Shown in pieces: positions 29,870 through 39,020 of a stretch of 64,000 nucleotides of DNA (position 1 is the stretch's first letter; each line of letters opens with the position of its first letter). Position numbers and translations under genes: made by a program. The stretch is taken from assembly GCA_021852275.1 (NCBI GenBank), contig JAJZNX010000025.1:65705-129704 (forward strand), written 5' to 3'. Source of the DNA: Planctomycetota bacterium (lineage in GTDB: Bacteria; Planctomycetota; Phycisphaerae; WQYP01). The notes beneath the pieces were generated by a model. It worked only from the letters and a program-made list of their open reading frames with translations, ran no database searches and was not told the origin of the DNA.

Positions 29870-31359
29870 CGCCGGCGGGATTTTCGTGCGGCTTTGCGCA
29901 CCCGCAACGCATCTTCGTTAAACTGACGGCGTGCGATAAGCACGTGATGGTAATTCTGGGCAAAACGGTGGGCTTCATCGCGAACGTACTGCAACATTTT
30001 AAGAGCCTGGTTGGTGCGTGATAACCGCAGTGGAGCGCTGCGTGCCTGCACAAAAATTTCTTCTTCGCGTTTGGCCAGGCTTATCACCATGGGCGGTTTA
30101 ACATCCATGGCGGCAAAAGCCTCCTGGGCGGCGTGTAACTGCCCCAGCCCGCCGTCAATTAATATCACATCGGGATATAGCTCGCTGCTTTGGCCGGCAT
30201 TGCGATAACGACGATTTACCACCTCCGCAATACAGCGATAATCATCGATACCGGTAACTGTTTTGATGCGAAAACGCCGGTAGCCATCCTTAAACGGCCG
30301 TCCGTCAATAAAACAAACCAGAGAACCAACCGTGGCTTCACCCTGGAAATGGGCGATGTCGATGGCTTCAATGGAGCGTACCGGTTCGGGCAGTTCCAAA
30401 ATGTCCTGCAACTGGCGCAGCCCGTCCTGCAGGTTGCGGAAGAACAATTCGGGCTGCAGCAGTCGCCCATATTTACCCCGATTAGAAAGCGCACTCAAAG
30501 CCCGGATCTGATCACGCAAGCCCGCGGCCTTTTCAAATTCCAGTTTAGCTGCCGCCGCTTCCATATCCGCCGTCATTTCCTTAAACACCGCGGCAGGGCT
30601 GGTTTCCAGGAAACGCCGGAAGCGCTCAAGGTCTTCGCGATACGCAGTGCGGCTGATCTTGTCGGCACATGGTGCCGAACACTGTCCGATGGCGTAGAGC
30701 AGGCATGGGCGGAAAAAGCGCCTGCGTTCATCCTCTTCCCGGATTTCCAGATGGCAGGTACGAAACTTAAAGGCCCGCTGCAGATGAATCACCGCGTCTT
30801 TCAGGGCTGCGGCACTCATGAAAGGCCCCACCAGTTTGGAACCCGAACTTTGCGGCTCACGCGTAACATAAACACCCGGATAATCGTCGCGGGTGGTGAT
30901 TTCCAGAAACGGGTAGCTTTTCCCATCAGAAAGGCGGGCATTAAAACGCGGTTTGACATCTTTAATCAGACGGTTTTCCACCAGCAGCGCTTCGACTTCG
31001 GAATCGCAGTTCAAGGTGTCAAAATCCACCACATAATCCAGCAGACGCTGTTTGGCCGGCCCCAAGTCCGTGGAAGCCAGGAAATAACTGGCCACCCGAT
31101 CACGCAGTGAGCGTGATTTACCCACGTAAATGACCACGCCGCGGGTATCCTTCATCAGGTACACGCCGGGCGCAGCCGGCAGACTGCGGGCCTTGGCATG
31201 CAGCCGCGGCAGACGCTGGTCCGCAGCTTCCGCCGGCAGTGGCAAGGCTATTTCTCCGGCGGGAATTTCCTGGATGAAATCTTCTTCTTCAATACCCGTA
31301 TCGGCCGACATTGCGGGTGTATCCGGATAAACTTCAGGCTTGTCGATTCTTTCTGCCAT
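29866..31359 (-). CDS. uvrC: excinuclease ABC subunit C, apparently lacking the C-terminal (HhH)2 domain
   Basis: GIY-YIG (GVYLMKDTRGVVIYVGKSRSLRDRVASYF). The RNase-H-like region carries the RDEAHRFA motif. The protein ends at 497 aa after a short basic tail. An N-terminal acidic extension of about 60 aa is present. Confidence 0.8.
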   Translation of the reverse strand: MAERIDKPEVYPDTPAMSADTGIEEEDFIQEIPAGEIALPLPAEAADQRLPRLHAKARSLPAAPGVYLMKDTRGVVIYVGKSRSLRDRVASYFLASTDLGPAKQRLLDYVVDFDTLNCDSEVEALLVENRLIKDVKPRFNARLSDGKSYPFLEITTRDDYPGVYVTREPQSSGSKLVGPFMSAAALKDAVIHLQRAFKFRTCHLEIREEDERRRFFRPCLLYAIGQCSAPCADKISRTAYREDLERFRRFLETSPAAVFKEMTADMEAAAAKLEFEKAAGLRDQIRALSALSNRGKYGRLLQPELFFRNLQDGLRQLQDILELPEPVRSIEAIDIAHFQGEATVGSLVCFIDGRPFKDGYRRFRIKTVTGIDDYRCIAEVVNRRYRNAGQSSELYPDVILIDGGLGQLHAAQEAFAAMDVKPPMVISLAKREEEIFVQARSAPLRLSRTNQALKMLQYVRDEAHRFAQNYHHVLIARRQFNEDALRVRKAARKSRRR

Positions 31360-31406
31360 TTCATGCTATTATAGGTAAAGTCGCATGGTTGAGGTAATCA
31401 GGCGGC

Positions 31407-31994
31407 TTGCTTGGCAAGGAACAACAGGTGACTAAAAAATCAACTTTAAACAGTGGCATCGCAGCAACCGCATCCGCAGAAGACCGGATGGTCTACCACG
31501 GCTCGCGGGTGGATATGGTATTACGGACGGTTACCACCACCTCCGGCCGGAAAATTCAGCGTGAAATTGTGGTCCATCCAGGGGCCGTCATTATCCTGCC
31601 GGTGTTGCGCGACGGCAATTTGGTGCTTATCCGCAATCTGCGCCATACCGTTAAGGAAGAACTTTGGGAACTGCCGGCCGGCACGCTGGAAAAAGGTGAA
31701 GATCCAGCCCGTTGTGCGGCACGCGAATTGACGGAGGAAACCGGCTACCAGGCGGCCCAGATTATTCCCTTCGGCTGGTTTTACACCTCTCCCGGAATTC
31801 TTACCGAAAAGATGTTTGCATTTATTGGTGCTGGATTATCCGCCGGCCCGCAGGCTCTGGAAGATAACGAAACCATTCAGGTCGAAATTGTTACCCCCGA
31901 TCAAACACTGGCCATGATCCGGGAAAATAAAATTGTGGATGCCAAAACGATTGCCGTAGTGCTAAAATACCTGTTGACGGAGGACAAACATTAG
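31407..31994 (+). CDS. NUDIX hydrolase
   Basis: Nudix box GTLEKGEDPARCAARELTEETGY. The start may be at 31488. Confidence 0.8.
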   Translation: MLGKEQQVTKKSTLNSGIAATASAEDRMVYHGSRVDMVLRTVTTTSGRKIQREIVVHPGAVIILPVLRDGNLVLIRNLRHTVKEELWELPAGTLEKGEDPARCAARELTEETGYQAAQIIPFGWFYTSPGILTEKMFAFIGAGLSAGPQALEDNETIQVEIVTPDQTLAMIRENKIVDAKTIAVVLKYLLTEDKH

Positions 31995-32047
31995 GAGTTG
32001 CGACGGCATGGAAACGGTGAGAAGATGAACCGGCTATTTTCCGCAGC

Positions 32048-33157
32048 GTGCGGCGGGATGACCGGGTAACGGCAGGGTGCCAGGTCGGAAGTATACGTAT
32101 GAGTTGGCGCGATCGTGATTATAACCGTGCGGGCAGGTCCGGAATGGGCCTTTTTGACAGCCCATGGTCCATTCTGAGCTGGTCCCTGCCGCTGGGAACG
32201 TGGTTTGGCATTCGGGTGCGTCTGCACTTCTGGCTGATATTGGCGATTATTTTTGATATGGCCACGGCCCTGCGTACCGGCAATTGGATGGCCAGTATCA
32301 GCCTGGCCGGTTTGACGGTGATTGCCGTGCTGCTGCATGAAATCGGCCACCGCGTTATGGCGCAGTGGGTGGGCGGACGGCACGATGATTTTCTGCTCTG
32401 GCCGGCGGGTGGGCTGGTGCCACCGCTAAGTCCACCCCGGCCCTGGCCCACGTTTGTGGCTAATGCCGGCGGCATTGCAGTGAATTTGCTGATCTGTGTG
32501 GGCACTGGAGAATCGCTATGGCTGAAATGGCATTGGGCACCGCCAATACCGGGGAACCCGCTGCTGTTATTCAGCGTCAACCCCTTCTGGGAACCTGCCC
32601 ATGGACCGGCGTTTACGCTGCTGCTGATGGCGTACCTGATAAGCCTTTCGCTGGTGCTCATCAACCTGCTGCCGTTTTACTGGTTTGATGGTGGCCCGCT
32701 GCTGCAGGCTATTTTATGGCGTTGGACGGGTTTGTACCGGGCGATCAACATCACCTGCATAGTGGGCATGGTGATTGCCGCGCCCATGACGCTTTTTGCC
32801 ATTTATGAGGGATCTATTCTGGCCGTGGTTTTCTGGGCATTGCTTTTCTTTTCCGCCTGGACCAAGCGCCGCGAACTTCAAGCTCAAGGGCCAGATGGTT
32901 ATGAGGCTGGTTTGACCCTAAGTGCGGGCCTGCGCGATTTGCCCACGCCCAAACGGCGGAAACTGGCACGGCGCTGGTTCCGCTGGACCGCCATCGATGA
33001 ACATCGTGAGGTGCGGGACCAGCAGCAAATTGATGCAATTTTAGCCAAAGTTCATGAACATGGCCTTCATAGTCTGACCTGGTTTGAAAAGCGGGCCTTA
33101 CGCCGGGCGACAGCACGCCAACGGCAGCGCGATAAACTCGATCGCGTCAGCCGCTAA
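32048..33157 (+). CDS. M50-family (site-2 protease-like) membrane zinc metallopeptidase
   Basis: HExxH within a TM helix (VLLHEIGHRVMAQ). Multi-TM protein. This is distinct from rseP. Confidence 0.65.
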   Translation: MRRDDRVTAGCQVGSIRMSWRDRDYNRAGRSGMGLFDSPWSILSWSLPLGTWFGIRVRLHFWLILAIIFDMATALRTGNWMASISLAGLTVIAVLLHEIGHRVMAQWVGGRHDDFLLWPAGGLVPPLSPPRPWPTFVANAGGIAVNLLICVGTGESLWLKWHWAPPIPGNPLLLFSVNPFWEPAHGPAFTLLLMAYLISLSLVLINLLPFYWFDGGPLLQAILWRWTGLYRAINITCIVGMVIAAPMTLFAIYEGSILAVVFWALLFFSAWTKRRELQAQGPDGYEAGLTLSAGLRDLPTPKRRKLARRWFRWTAIDEHREVRDQQQIDAILAKVHEHGLHSLTWFEKRALRRATARQRQRDKLDRVSR

Positions 33158-33357
33158 AGAAGGTGGCGAAAATTAAAAAGTATACTTTTCCGGGTGGTTT
33201 TACCAATGTTATCAGGCCTGACAAGCTCGCAAAGTTGGTCAAGATACTGAATTTACGGCGATTCTCTGTCCCGATCATTCTTGCACATGGAAAATTCCGT
33301 TGACCATGGATATACTTTAAGCAGGTGCCGAACATGGAGATGGCGCTTTTTTAATAA

Positions 33358-33735
33358 GGGGGCGACAGGTATCGACCGGACAGTAGTGTTGATTATGGCA
33401 TGCCGACCTGCCAAACAAGTCGTAAAACTGAGTGGCAAAAAATCAAATGCTGAGAACTTTAAGTTCCCAACAGCCGGGGGCTTCGGCCTTCGGTTGGCTG
33501 CCTAAGATAAGGTAGCCCGGTTCCCGCAGGTAGTCCGCGACCCGCGATGAACTGACGACCAGCGGAATGCTCGAATGACAGAGTTGATCGGTCATTCGCT
33601 AAGATTCAGGATCGGCTGGAGCTTTCGGTAGTTTGGCTGTGGACGCCCGGACGCTCGACATTAACACGTAGCCTACGCATGTAGAGGTAATCTTCAACCT
33701 GCCTCGGGACGAGGGTTCGACTCCCTCCGCCTCCA
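33358..33735 (+). ncRNA. ssrA: tmRNA (SsrA)
   Basis: The 5' GGGGGCG pairs with the 3' CGCCUCC and includes the G3.U wobble, which is the AlaRS identity element. Discriminator A. T-arm GAGGGUUCGACUCCCUC. An internal reading frame ends ...GFGLRLAA-UAA. Length 378 nt. Confidence 0.85.
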
Positions 33736-33890
33736 GTAGTTCCATGGTGTCCTGCGGGTTGTCCCCCACCAGTTCAGGGCCCCGCCGCAATGACTGGCTT
33801 ATCCACACATGCGGTGGGTTTGCAGCCAGATTCGGACCTTGGCTTCAACACCACGTGCCGACCAGGCTGCTCATTATCCGGAGACATGCC

Positions 33891-34838
33891 ATGATGACCG
33901 TTCCCGCTCGATGGCCTGTGATGGTTGGATTGGGTGAAATTCTCTGGGATTTGTTGCCCACCGGCAAAGCCTTGGGTGGAGCACCCGCCAATTTTGTCTA
34001 TCACGCCCACGCCTTGGGAGCCGTGGCCTCGGTGGTCAGCGCGGTGGGCCGCGACAACTTAGGGCAGGAAATTCTCCAGCGTCTGGACCACTTGGGCGTT
34101 AATCGTAATTTTGTCGCCGAGGATTCCTTGCATCCCACCGGGACGGTTTCAGTCCAAGTCGATAAGCGCGGAATTCCGGAATACATAATTCATGAAGACG
34201 CGGCCTGGGATTTTATCCCGTATGAGCCGGGCTTGGATTCCCTGGCCGCCACGGCCGACGCCGTATGTTTCGGCTCGCTGGGCCAACGTTCGGCGGTTTC
34301 CCGGACCACAATTCAGCGTTTTCTGGCGGCCACACGGCCGGAATGCAAACGCGTGCTGGATATCAACTTGCGTCAGCACTTTTACACACGAGACATCATT
34401 ATCCAATCGCTGGAATTATCCAACATTCTTAAACTTAATGAAGATGAATTGCCGGTGCTGGCAGCGATGTTTGCCCTGCACGGCCAAGTTGAAGATCAGT
34501 TGTCGCAATTGTTGCGACGGTACCATCTGGAAGTCATTGCCCTGACGCGCGGCAGCCGGGGAGCCATGCTGCAGACACCCCATGAGACGGTTGATTGTCC
34601 AGGCTTTTCCGTGGTGATAGCCGACACCGTCGGAGCCGGTGACGCCTTCACCGCCGCCATGACGATCGGTCTGCTGGCCAGGCGGCCACTGATGGAAGTC
34701 AACCGCCAAGCCTGCCAGGTTGCGGCTTTTGTCTGCTCGCAGCCTGGTGCCACGCCAAAAATTCCCGCGGAGCTTGCTGCGAAGATATGCCTGCAAAGCC
34801 ATGTAGATACGCCGGCGAACGCGCCTGGGCCATACTGA
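33891..34838 (+). CDS. PfkB-family carbohydrate kinase (fructokinase/ribokinase-like)
   Basis: C-terminal VGAGDAFTAAMTIGLL (the PfkB anion-hole / GAGD motif). The start was set after the tmRNA 3' end. Confidence 0.75.
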   Translation: MMTVPARWPVMVGLGEILWDLLPTGKALGGAPANFVYHAHALGAVASVVSAVGRDNLGQEILQRLDHLGVNRNFVAEDSLHPTGTVSVQVDKRGIPEYIIHEDAAWDFIPYEPGLDSLAATADAVCFGSLGQRSAVSRTTIQRFLAATRPECKRVLDINLRQHFYTRDIIIQSLELSNILKLNEDELPVLAAMFALHGQVEDQLSQLLRRYHLEVIALTRGSRGAMLQTPHETVDCPGFSVVIADTVGAGDAFTAAMTIGLLARRPLMEVNRQACQVAAFVCSQPGATPKIPAELAAKICLQSHVDTPANAPGPY

Positions 34839-34889
34839 CCCCGTCCAGAAAATTTTATTGTACATAACTAATCCGTACAGAGATGAAGG

Positions 34890-36068
34890 TTGACAAGCTA
34901 CGCCAAGTCGCTTGAAATGCTTTTCGGCGGCGATATCATATTTTTAACAGGAGTTTTTCTGAGCCACACGTTAAATCTTCTTAAAACCCCCTTTCACGAA
35001 TTTCACGTTAGCCAAGGGGCGAAAATGGTCGGTTTTGCCGGTTGGGATATGCCGCTGCTATATCGCGGTATTATTGCTGAGCATCAGCACACCCGGAAAT
35101 CGGCTTCGGTTTTTGATGTTTCACACATGGGGCGTGTAAAATTCACCGGCCCGGATGCGGTGAAATTCCTGAATCACCTGCTGACTCGCAACATCGCGGG
35201 GGCGGCAGTGGGACAATCCTTGTATTCGCTGGTATGCAATGAAAATGGCGGCGTGCTGGACGACGTAATCGTTTCGCGTATGGAAAAATACCACCTCATG
35301 GTTTGCAACGCCTCCAACCGGTTGAAACTACTGGCCTGGTTTGACCGACACCGCACCGGCTTTGACGTACAGATCAGCGACGAAACTCTGCAGACCGCCA
35401 TGGTTGCGCTGCAGGGACCTAAAGTGATTGAATTATTAGATGCCGTTTTGCCCAAGCCGGTGGCAGGACTCAAGCGCTATCATTGCATGATGCAGCGTTA
35501 TATGTTTATCCCGTTCACTGTTTGCCGCAGTGGTTATACGGGCGAAGACGGCGTGGAAGTGATTTGCGGCAATTCTGCCGCGCTGATGGCCATTAAGTTT
35601 TTGCTCAAATCAGATGGCCAAGGCACCGAATCGCTGGTACAGCCGGCCGGGCTTGGTGCCCGTGACACCCTGCGATTGGAAGCGGGAATGCCGCTGTATG
35701 GCCACGAACTAAGCGAAACCGTAGATCCGATTTCCGCGGGTTTGAACTGGGCGGTCGCCAAGGATAAGGATTTTATTGGATCGAAGGCGCTCGCCGGACT
35801 GGTACAGCATGGCACACCCCAGAAACTCGTTGGGCTGCTGGTAGATTCACCCCGTACGCCGCGTCAGGACATGACGGTTTTGGCGGGTGGAAAGCCCGTA
35901 GGACGCATCACCAGTGCGACGGCCAGCCCCACGATGGGCCGCACCATTGCCATGGCCTACGTGCAGTCGGAATTTTCCGAACCTGGCACTGCGGTGGAAG
36001 TAGACTTACGCGGTACGCCGCTGGCCGCCACGGTTACCAAGCTACCTTTTTATAAACGGGCGGGTTAA
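34890..36068 (+). CDS. gcvT: glycine cleavage system aminomethyltransferase T
   Basis: SVFDVSHMGRVKFTGPDAVKFLNHLLTRNI. Length 392 aa. The exact start is uncertain. Confidence 0.85.
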   Translation: MTSYAKSLEMLFGGDIIFLTGVFLSHTLNLLKTPFHEFHVSQGAKMVGFAGWDMPLLYRGIIAEHQHTRKSASVFDVSHMGRVKFTGPDAVKFLNHLLTRNIAGAAVGQSLYSLVCNENGGVLDDVIVSRMEKYHLMVCNASNRLKLLAWFDRHRTGFDVQISDETLQTAMVALQGPKVIELLDAVLPKPVAGLKRYHCMMQRYMFIPFTVCRSGYTGEDGVEVICGNSAALMAIKFLLKSDGQGTESLVQPAGLGARDTLRLEAGMPLYGHELSETVDPISAGLNWAVAKDKDFIGSKALAGLVQHGTPQKLVGLLVDSPRTPRQDMTVLAGGKPVGRITSATASPTMGRTIAMAYVQSEFSEPGTAVEVDLRGTPLAATVTKLPFYKRAG

Positions 36069-36089
36069 ATTTAAGCTTTTATAGAGGAG

Positions 36090-36479
36090 TTGAATGGCAT
36101 GGCATCACCGACCGACCGCTTTTACACTGAAACACACGAATGGATTAAGCTGCAAGGGGAGAGAGTTCTGCTGGGCATTACACGATTTGCCGTGGATGAA
36201 CTTACGGATGTTACTTTCGTCGAGTTGCCGGCTATCGGAAAGACGCTGACCGTCGGCAAGGCGTTTGGCGAAATTGAATCGGTAAAAGCTACGAGCGAAT
36301 TGTACGCACCGGTGGATGGCGCAGTGGTGGAAGTTAACGATGCGGTGAAAAACGACCCCAGCACTATTAACCAAGACCCTTACGAGGCCGGGTGGCTGGT
36401 GGCGGTGAAGACCGGCCCGGTGGATACATCCAAGCTTATGTCCGCGGCGCAGTATGATGCCAAATTCAACATTCATTAA
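36090..36479 (+). CDS. gcvH: glycine cleavage system H protein
   Basis: Lipoyl-lysine region GEIESVKATSELYAPVDG. Length 129 aa. Confidence 0.9.
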   Translation: MNGMASPTDRFYTETHEWIKLQGERVLLGITRFAVDELTDVTFVELPAIGKTLTVGKAFGEIESVKATSELYAPVDGAVVEVNDAVKNDPSTINQDPYEAGWLVAVKTGPVDTSKLMSAAQYDAKFNIH

Positions 36480-36501
36480 TCATTGGACGGGTTATCTGCA
36501 G

Positions 36502-37722
36502 CTAGACCACTGCGGCAGGCTCGGCCGGTATCTGCGTTACAGTCGGAGAGGCAGTTTCGGCCTCTGTTAAATAGCAGCCCGGATCAAAACCCATCCAGTC
36601 GCCGGTGGCGGCTTCAGCCCGCGTACGCAAGTTGCCGTTGCACACATCGACAAACCGGCAGGATCGGCAACGCTCCGGAAGATGTGCGCGACGATTTCGC
36701 AATATCGCCAGGCGAGGGTCTGTTGCCTGCGACCATATTGTGCTAAAGGGCTGCTCACGCACGTTGCCGCAGTTATAATGCCAGCTAAATTGGTCGTAAT
36801 GCACATTGCCTTTGGGATCAATGGAAGCAATATTGCAACCAGATCGGTTTCCGCCGGTGCCGCGCAAACGAGCTTGTACCTCCGCCAGGCGGGGGTCGTT
36901 CTCGCGCTCCATGCGCAACAGCATATACGCCGCATCCGCATGGTTATCCACGGTCAACACTTCCAAGGGCCGGCCAGATTTATGCAGTTCAACACTGCGC
37001 TCAAAAATGCGGTCTACAATGGTGCGAATCTGTTCGGGCGTAAGATCCACGTTTTGCATGTTGCCACCGCGGCCCGAATAAGCCAGATGGTAGACGCACA
37101 GACGTTGTATGTTATGTTCCAGGCAAATATCAAAAATGGCGTCCAAATCCTGCCAATTCAGAGCGTGAACGGTGAAGCGGGCCCCCACCTTGATGCCCCG
37201 GCTGCGACAGCGATCAATAGCCGTCAGGGATGCCGCAAAAGCCCCCTGCTTGCCGCGGAGTTTATCATGACGCGATTCAATACCATCCAAACTGATACCC
37301 ACGTAGCGCAAGCCCGATTTGGCCAGGCGATCCGCCATGGCATCATCAATGAGCAAACCATTGGTGGACAACGTGGTGGCCAAGCCGATGGATTGGGCGT
37401 GGGCAATAAAATCCAGGGCTTCTGGCCGCGCGAGCGGTTCACCGCCGCTTAACAGCACGGCCGGTACGCCAAACCCCCGCAAATCATCGAGTAATTTCAT
37501 TCCTTCGTGGCGGGTTAATTCACCAACATCCGGCGCGGCCGTAGCCGAAGCGTAACAATGCACGCAGTGCAGGTTGCAAGCCCGTGTTAAGGCCCATACC
37601 ACCACTGGTTTGGGAACACCAGCAGTGCCAGCGATGCCGGTTCCCCCAGTGCACGTATGGCCATAACGTAGCGGTTCATTACCAGCCTGATGGCCACAGA
37701 GTAAATTGGTAATGCTTAGCAT
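36502..37722 (-). CDS. radical SAM/SPASM protein, NirJ/AhbC/AhbD-like (downstream member of pair)
   Basis: TRACNLHCVHCY CxxxCxxC. A GGEP motif. C-terminal CRSCRFVDVCNGNLRTRA (Cx2Cx5C plus a GG/RxRA-like tail). The start at MLSIT (37722) overlaps the upstream stop by 7 nt. Confidence 0.7.
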   Translation of the reverse strand: MLSITNLLCGHQAGNEPLRYGHTCTGGTGIAGTAGVPKPVVVWALTRACNLHCVHCYASATAAPDVGELTRHEGMKLLDDLRGFGVPAVLLSGGEPLARPEALDFIAHAQSIGLATTLSTNGLLIDDAMADRLAKSGLRYVGISLDGIESRHDKLRGKQGAFAASLTAIDRCRSRGIKVGARFTVHALNWQDLDAIFDICLEHNIQRLCVYHLAYSGRGGNMQNVDLTPEQIRTIVDRIFERSVELHKSGRPLEVLTVDNHADAAYMLLRMERENDPRLAEVQARLRGTGGNRSGCNIASIDPKGNVHYDQFSWHYNCGNVREQPFSTIWSQATDPRLAILRNRRAHLPERCRSCRFVDVCNGNLRTRAEAATGDWMGFDPGCYLTEAETASPTVTQIPAEPAAVV

Positions 37723-38852
37723 AAGGCACCACTCCTGGTAGAACGCAGTGACACGTGTACACAATCCGGTTCCGATTCCAAGGGATCTCCGGTGAGGGCA
37801 TAGGCTCTGGCCCGGCTGCCGCCGCATATTTCTCGATATTGGCAGAATCCACATTTACCTTTGATCTGGTTCGGATCCCGCAAAGACTGAAACATCGGTG
37901 AATATTGATACACATTCACTGGCGAATCTTTGGGGAAACTGCCACAGAGAATAGGCATGAAACCGCTCGGATATATTTCTCCGATATGACTGATGAACAT
38001 CACTCCACGACCATCGTTGGTGCCCACCATGCCGGGAATGGTTTGGGGGCATGCCGTATTTTTGCGGCCGGGTTGCCACCCACTGCGCTGCAGCAGAAAC
38101 CGGCGATAATGCGGCGCTTCTGTAGTTTTAATCTGATACGGTTGAATCAGGCTGTGCTGGTAGAGCTTTTCAAAGGCGACTTCATATTCCCACGGCGCAA
38201 TTCGCTGCTCGGCCAAACCGCGTCCGGTGGGGACTAAAAAGAATACCGACCACATCAAAATGCCATGGGCAACAAGCAGGTGGGCCATTTCATCAATTTG
38301 GTCAAAATTGTGCCGGGAAATCGTGGTGTTAATCTGCATGGGCAAGTTTACGGCACGGGCATCGCGCATAATTTCAAGGGTACGCTGGAAACTGCCCGGC
38401 ACACCACGGAAGGTGTCATGGCGGGCGGCATCAGCCCCATCTAAGCTGACCGCCAGGCGATGCAATCCCGCATTCTTGAGGCGGGTGACCGCTTCGCTGG
38501 TTACCAGTTTGGTCGCTGATGGCGTCATGGCGGTTTTAAGGCCCAGCTCTACGGCATGTTCCACCAAATCGAAAACATCATGGCGTTTGATAGGGTCTCC
38601 ACCGGTCAGCACCAGCATCGGAGGCTTGGGAAAGCCAGCCAAGGCATCCAGCAGACGCAGAGACGTAGCGGTATCTAATTCCAAAGGATGGCGGTGGGGT
38701 TGAGCCTCGGCCCGGCAATGTTTGCAAAGCAGATTGCAGGCCCGAGTTACTTCATAAAACGCAATCAGCGGAGAGAAATTAAAATCCGCAGCGCTGTAGC
38801 CTTGGCGAGGATCTGTTACCGGCTGCGATGTCGCATCAGCTCTTTGAATCAT
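37716..38852 (-). CDS. radical SAM/SPASM protein, NirJ/AhbC/AhbD-like (upstream member of pair)
   Basis: TRACNLLCKHCR CxxxCxxC. A GGDP motif. C-terminal CGFCQYREICGGSRARAY. It is a paralog of the downstream gene. Confidence 0.7.
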   Translation of the reverse strand: MIQRADATSQPVTDPRQGYSAADFNFSPLIAFYEVTRACNLLCKHCRAEAQPHRHPLELDTATSLRLLDALAGFPKPPMLVLTGGDPIKRHDVFDLVEHAVELGLKTAMTPSATKLVTSEAVTRLKNAGLHRLAVSLDGADAARHDTFRGVPGSFQRTLEIMRDARAVNLPMQINTTISRHNFDQIDEMAHLLVAHGILMWSVFFLVPTGRGLAEQRIAPWEYEVAFEKLYQHSLIQPYQIKTTEAPHYRRFLLQRSGWQPGRKNTACPQTIPGMVGTNDGRGVMFISHIGEIYPSGFMPILCGSFPKDSPVNVYQYSPMFQSLRDPNQIKGKCGFCQYREICGGSRARAYALTGDPLESEPDCVHVSLRSTRSGALC

Positions 38853-39020
38853 GGTACATACTCCCGCAGGGATGAGGCGTATCTACGCCAGATCCGACAA
38901 TAACGTTGGCTGCGCCGTGGGCATAACAACATCGCCCGGCGCTCACAGCCACTTGCCATAAAAGTATAGCAGATATATTCTGGATATCAAGGTTTTAATT
39001 ACGGCGTTCAGGAGCACTTT

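Noticed and set aside
30190-31110. 306-aa + strand ORF
   Set aside because: It is antisense to uvrC, which carries GIY-YIG and RDEAHRFA motifs. It has no motifs of its own.
33744-33890. extended 5' part of the PfkB ORF
   Set aside because: It overlaps the tmRNA 3' end region. The internal Met at 33891 gives a normal PfkB N-terminus.
36682-37452. 256-aa + strand ORF
   Set aside because: It is antisense to the radical SAM gene, whose CxxxCxxC and SPASM motifs fix the real frame.
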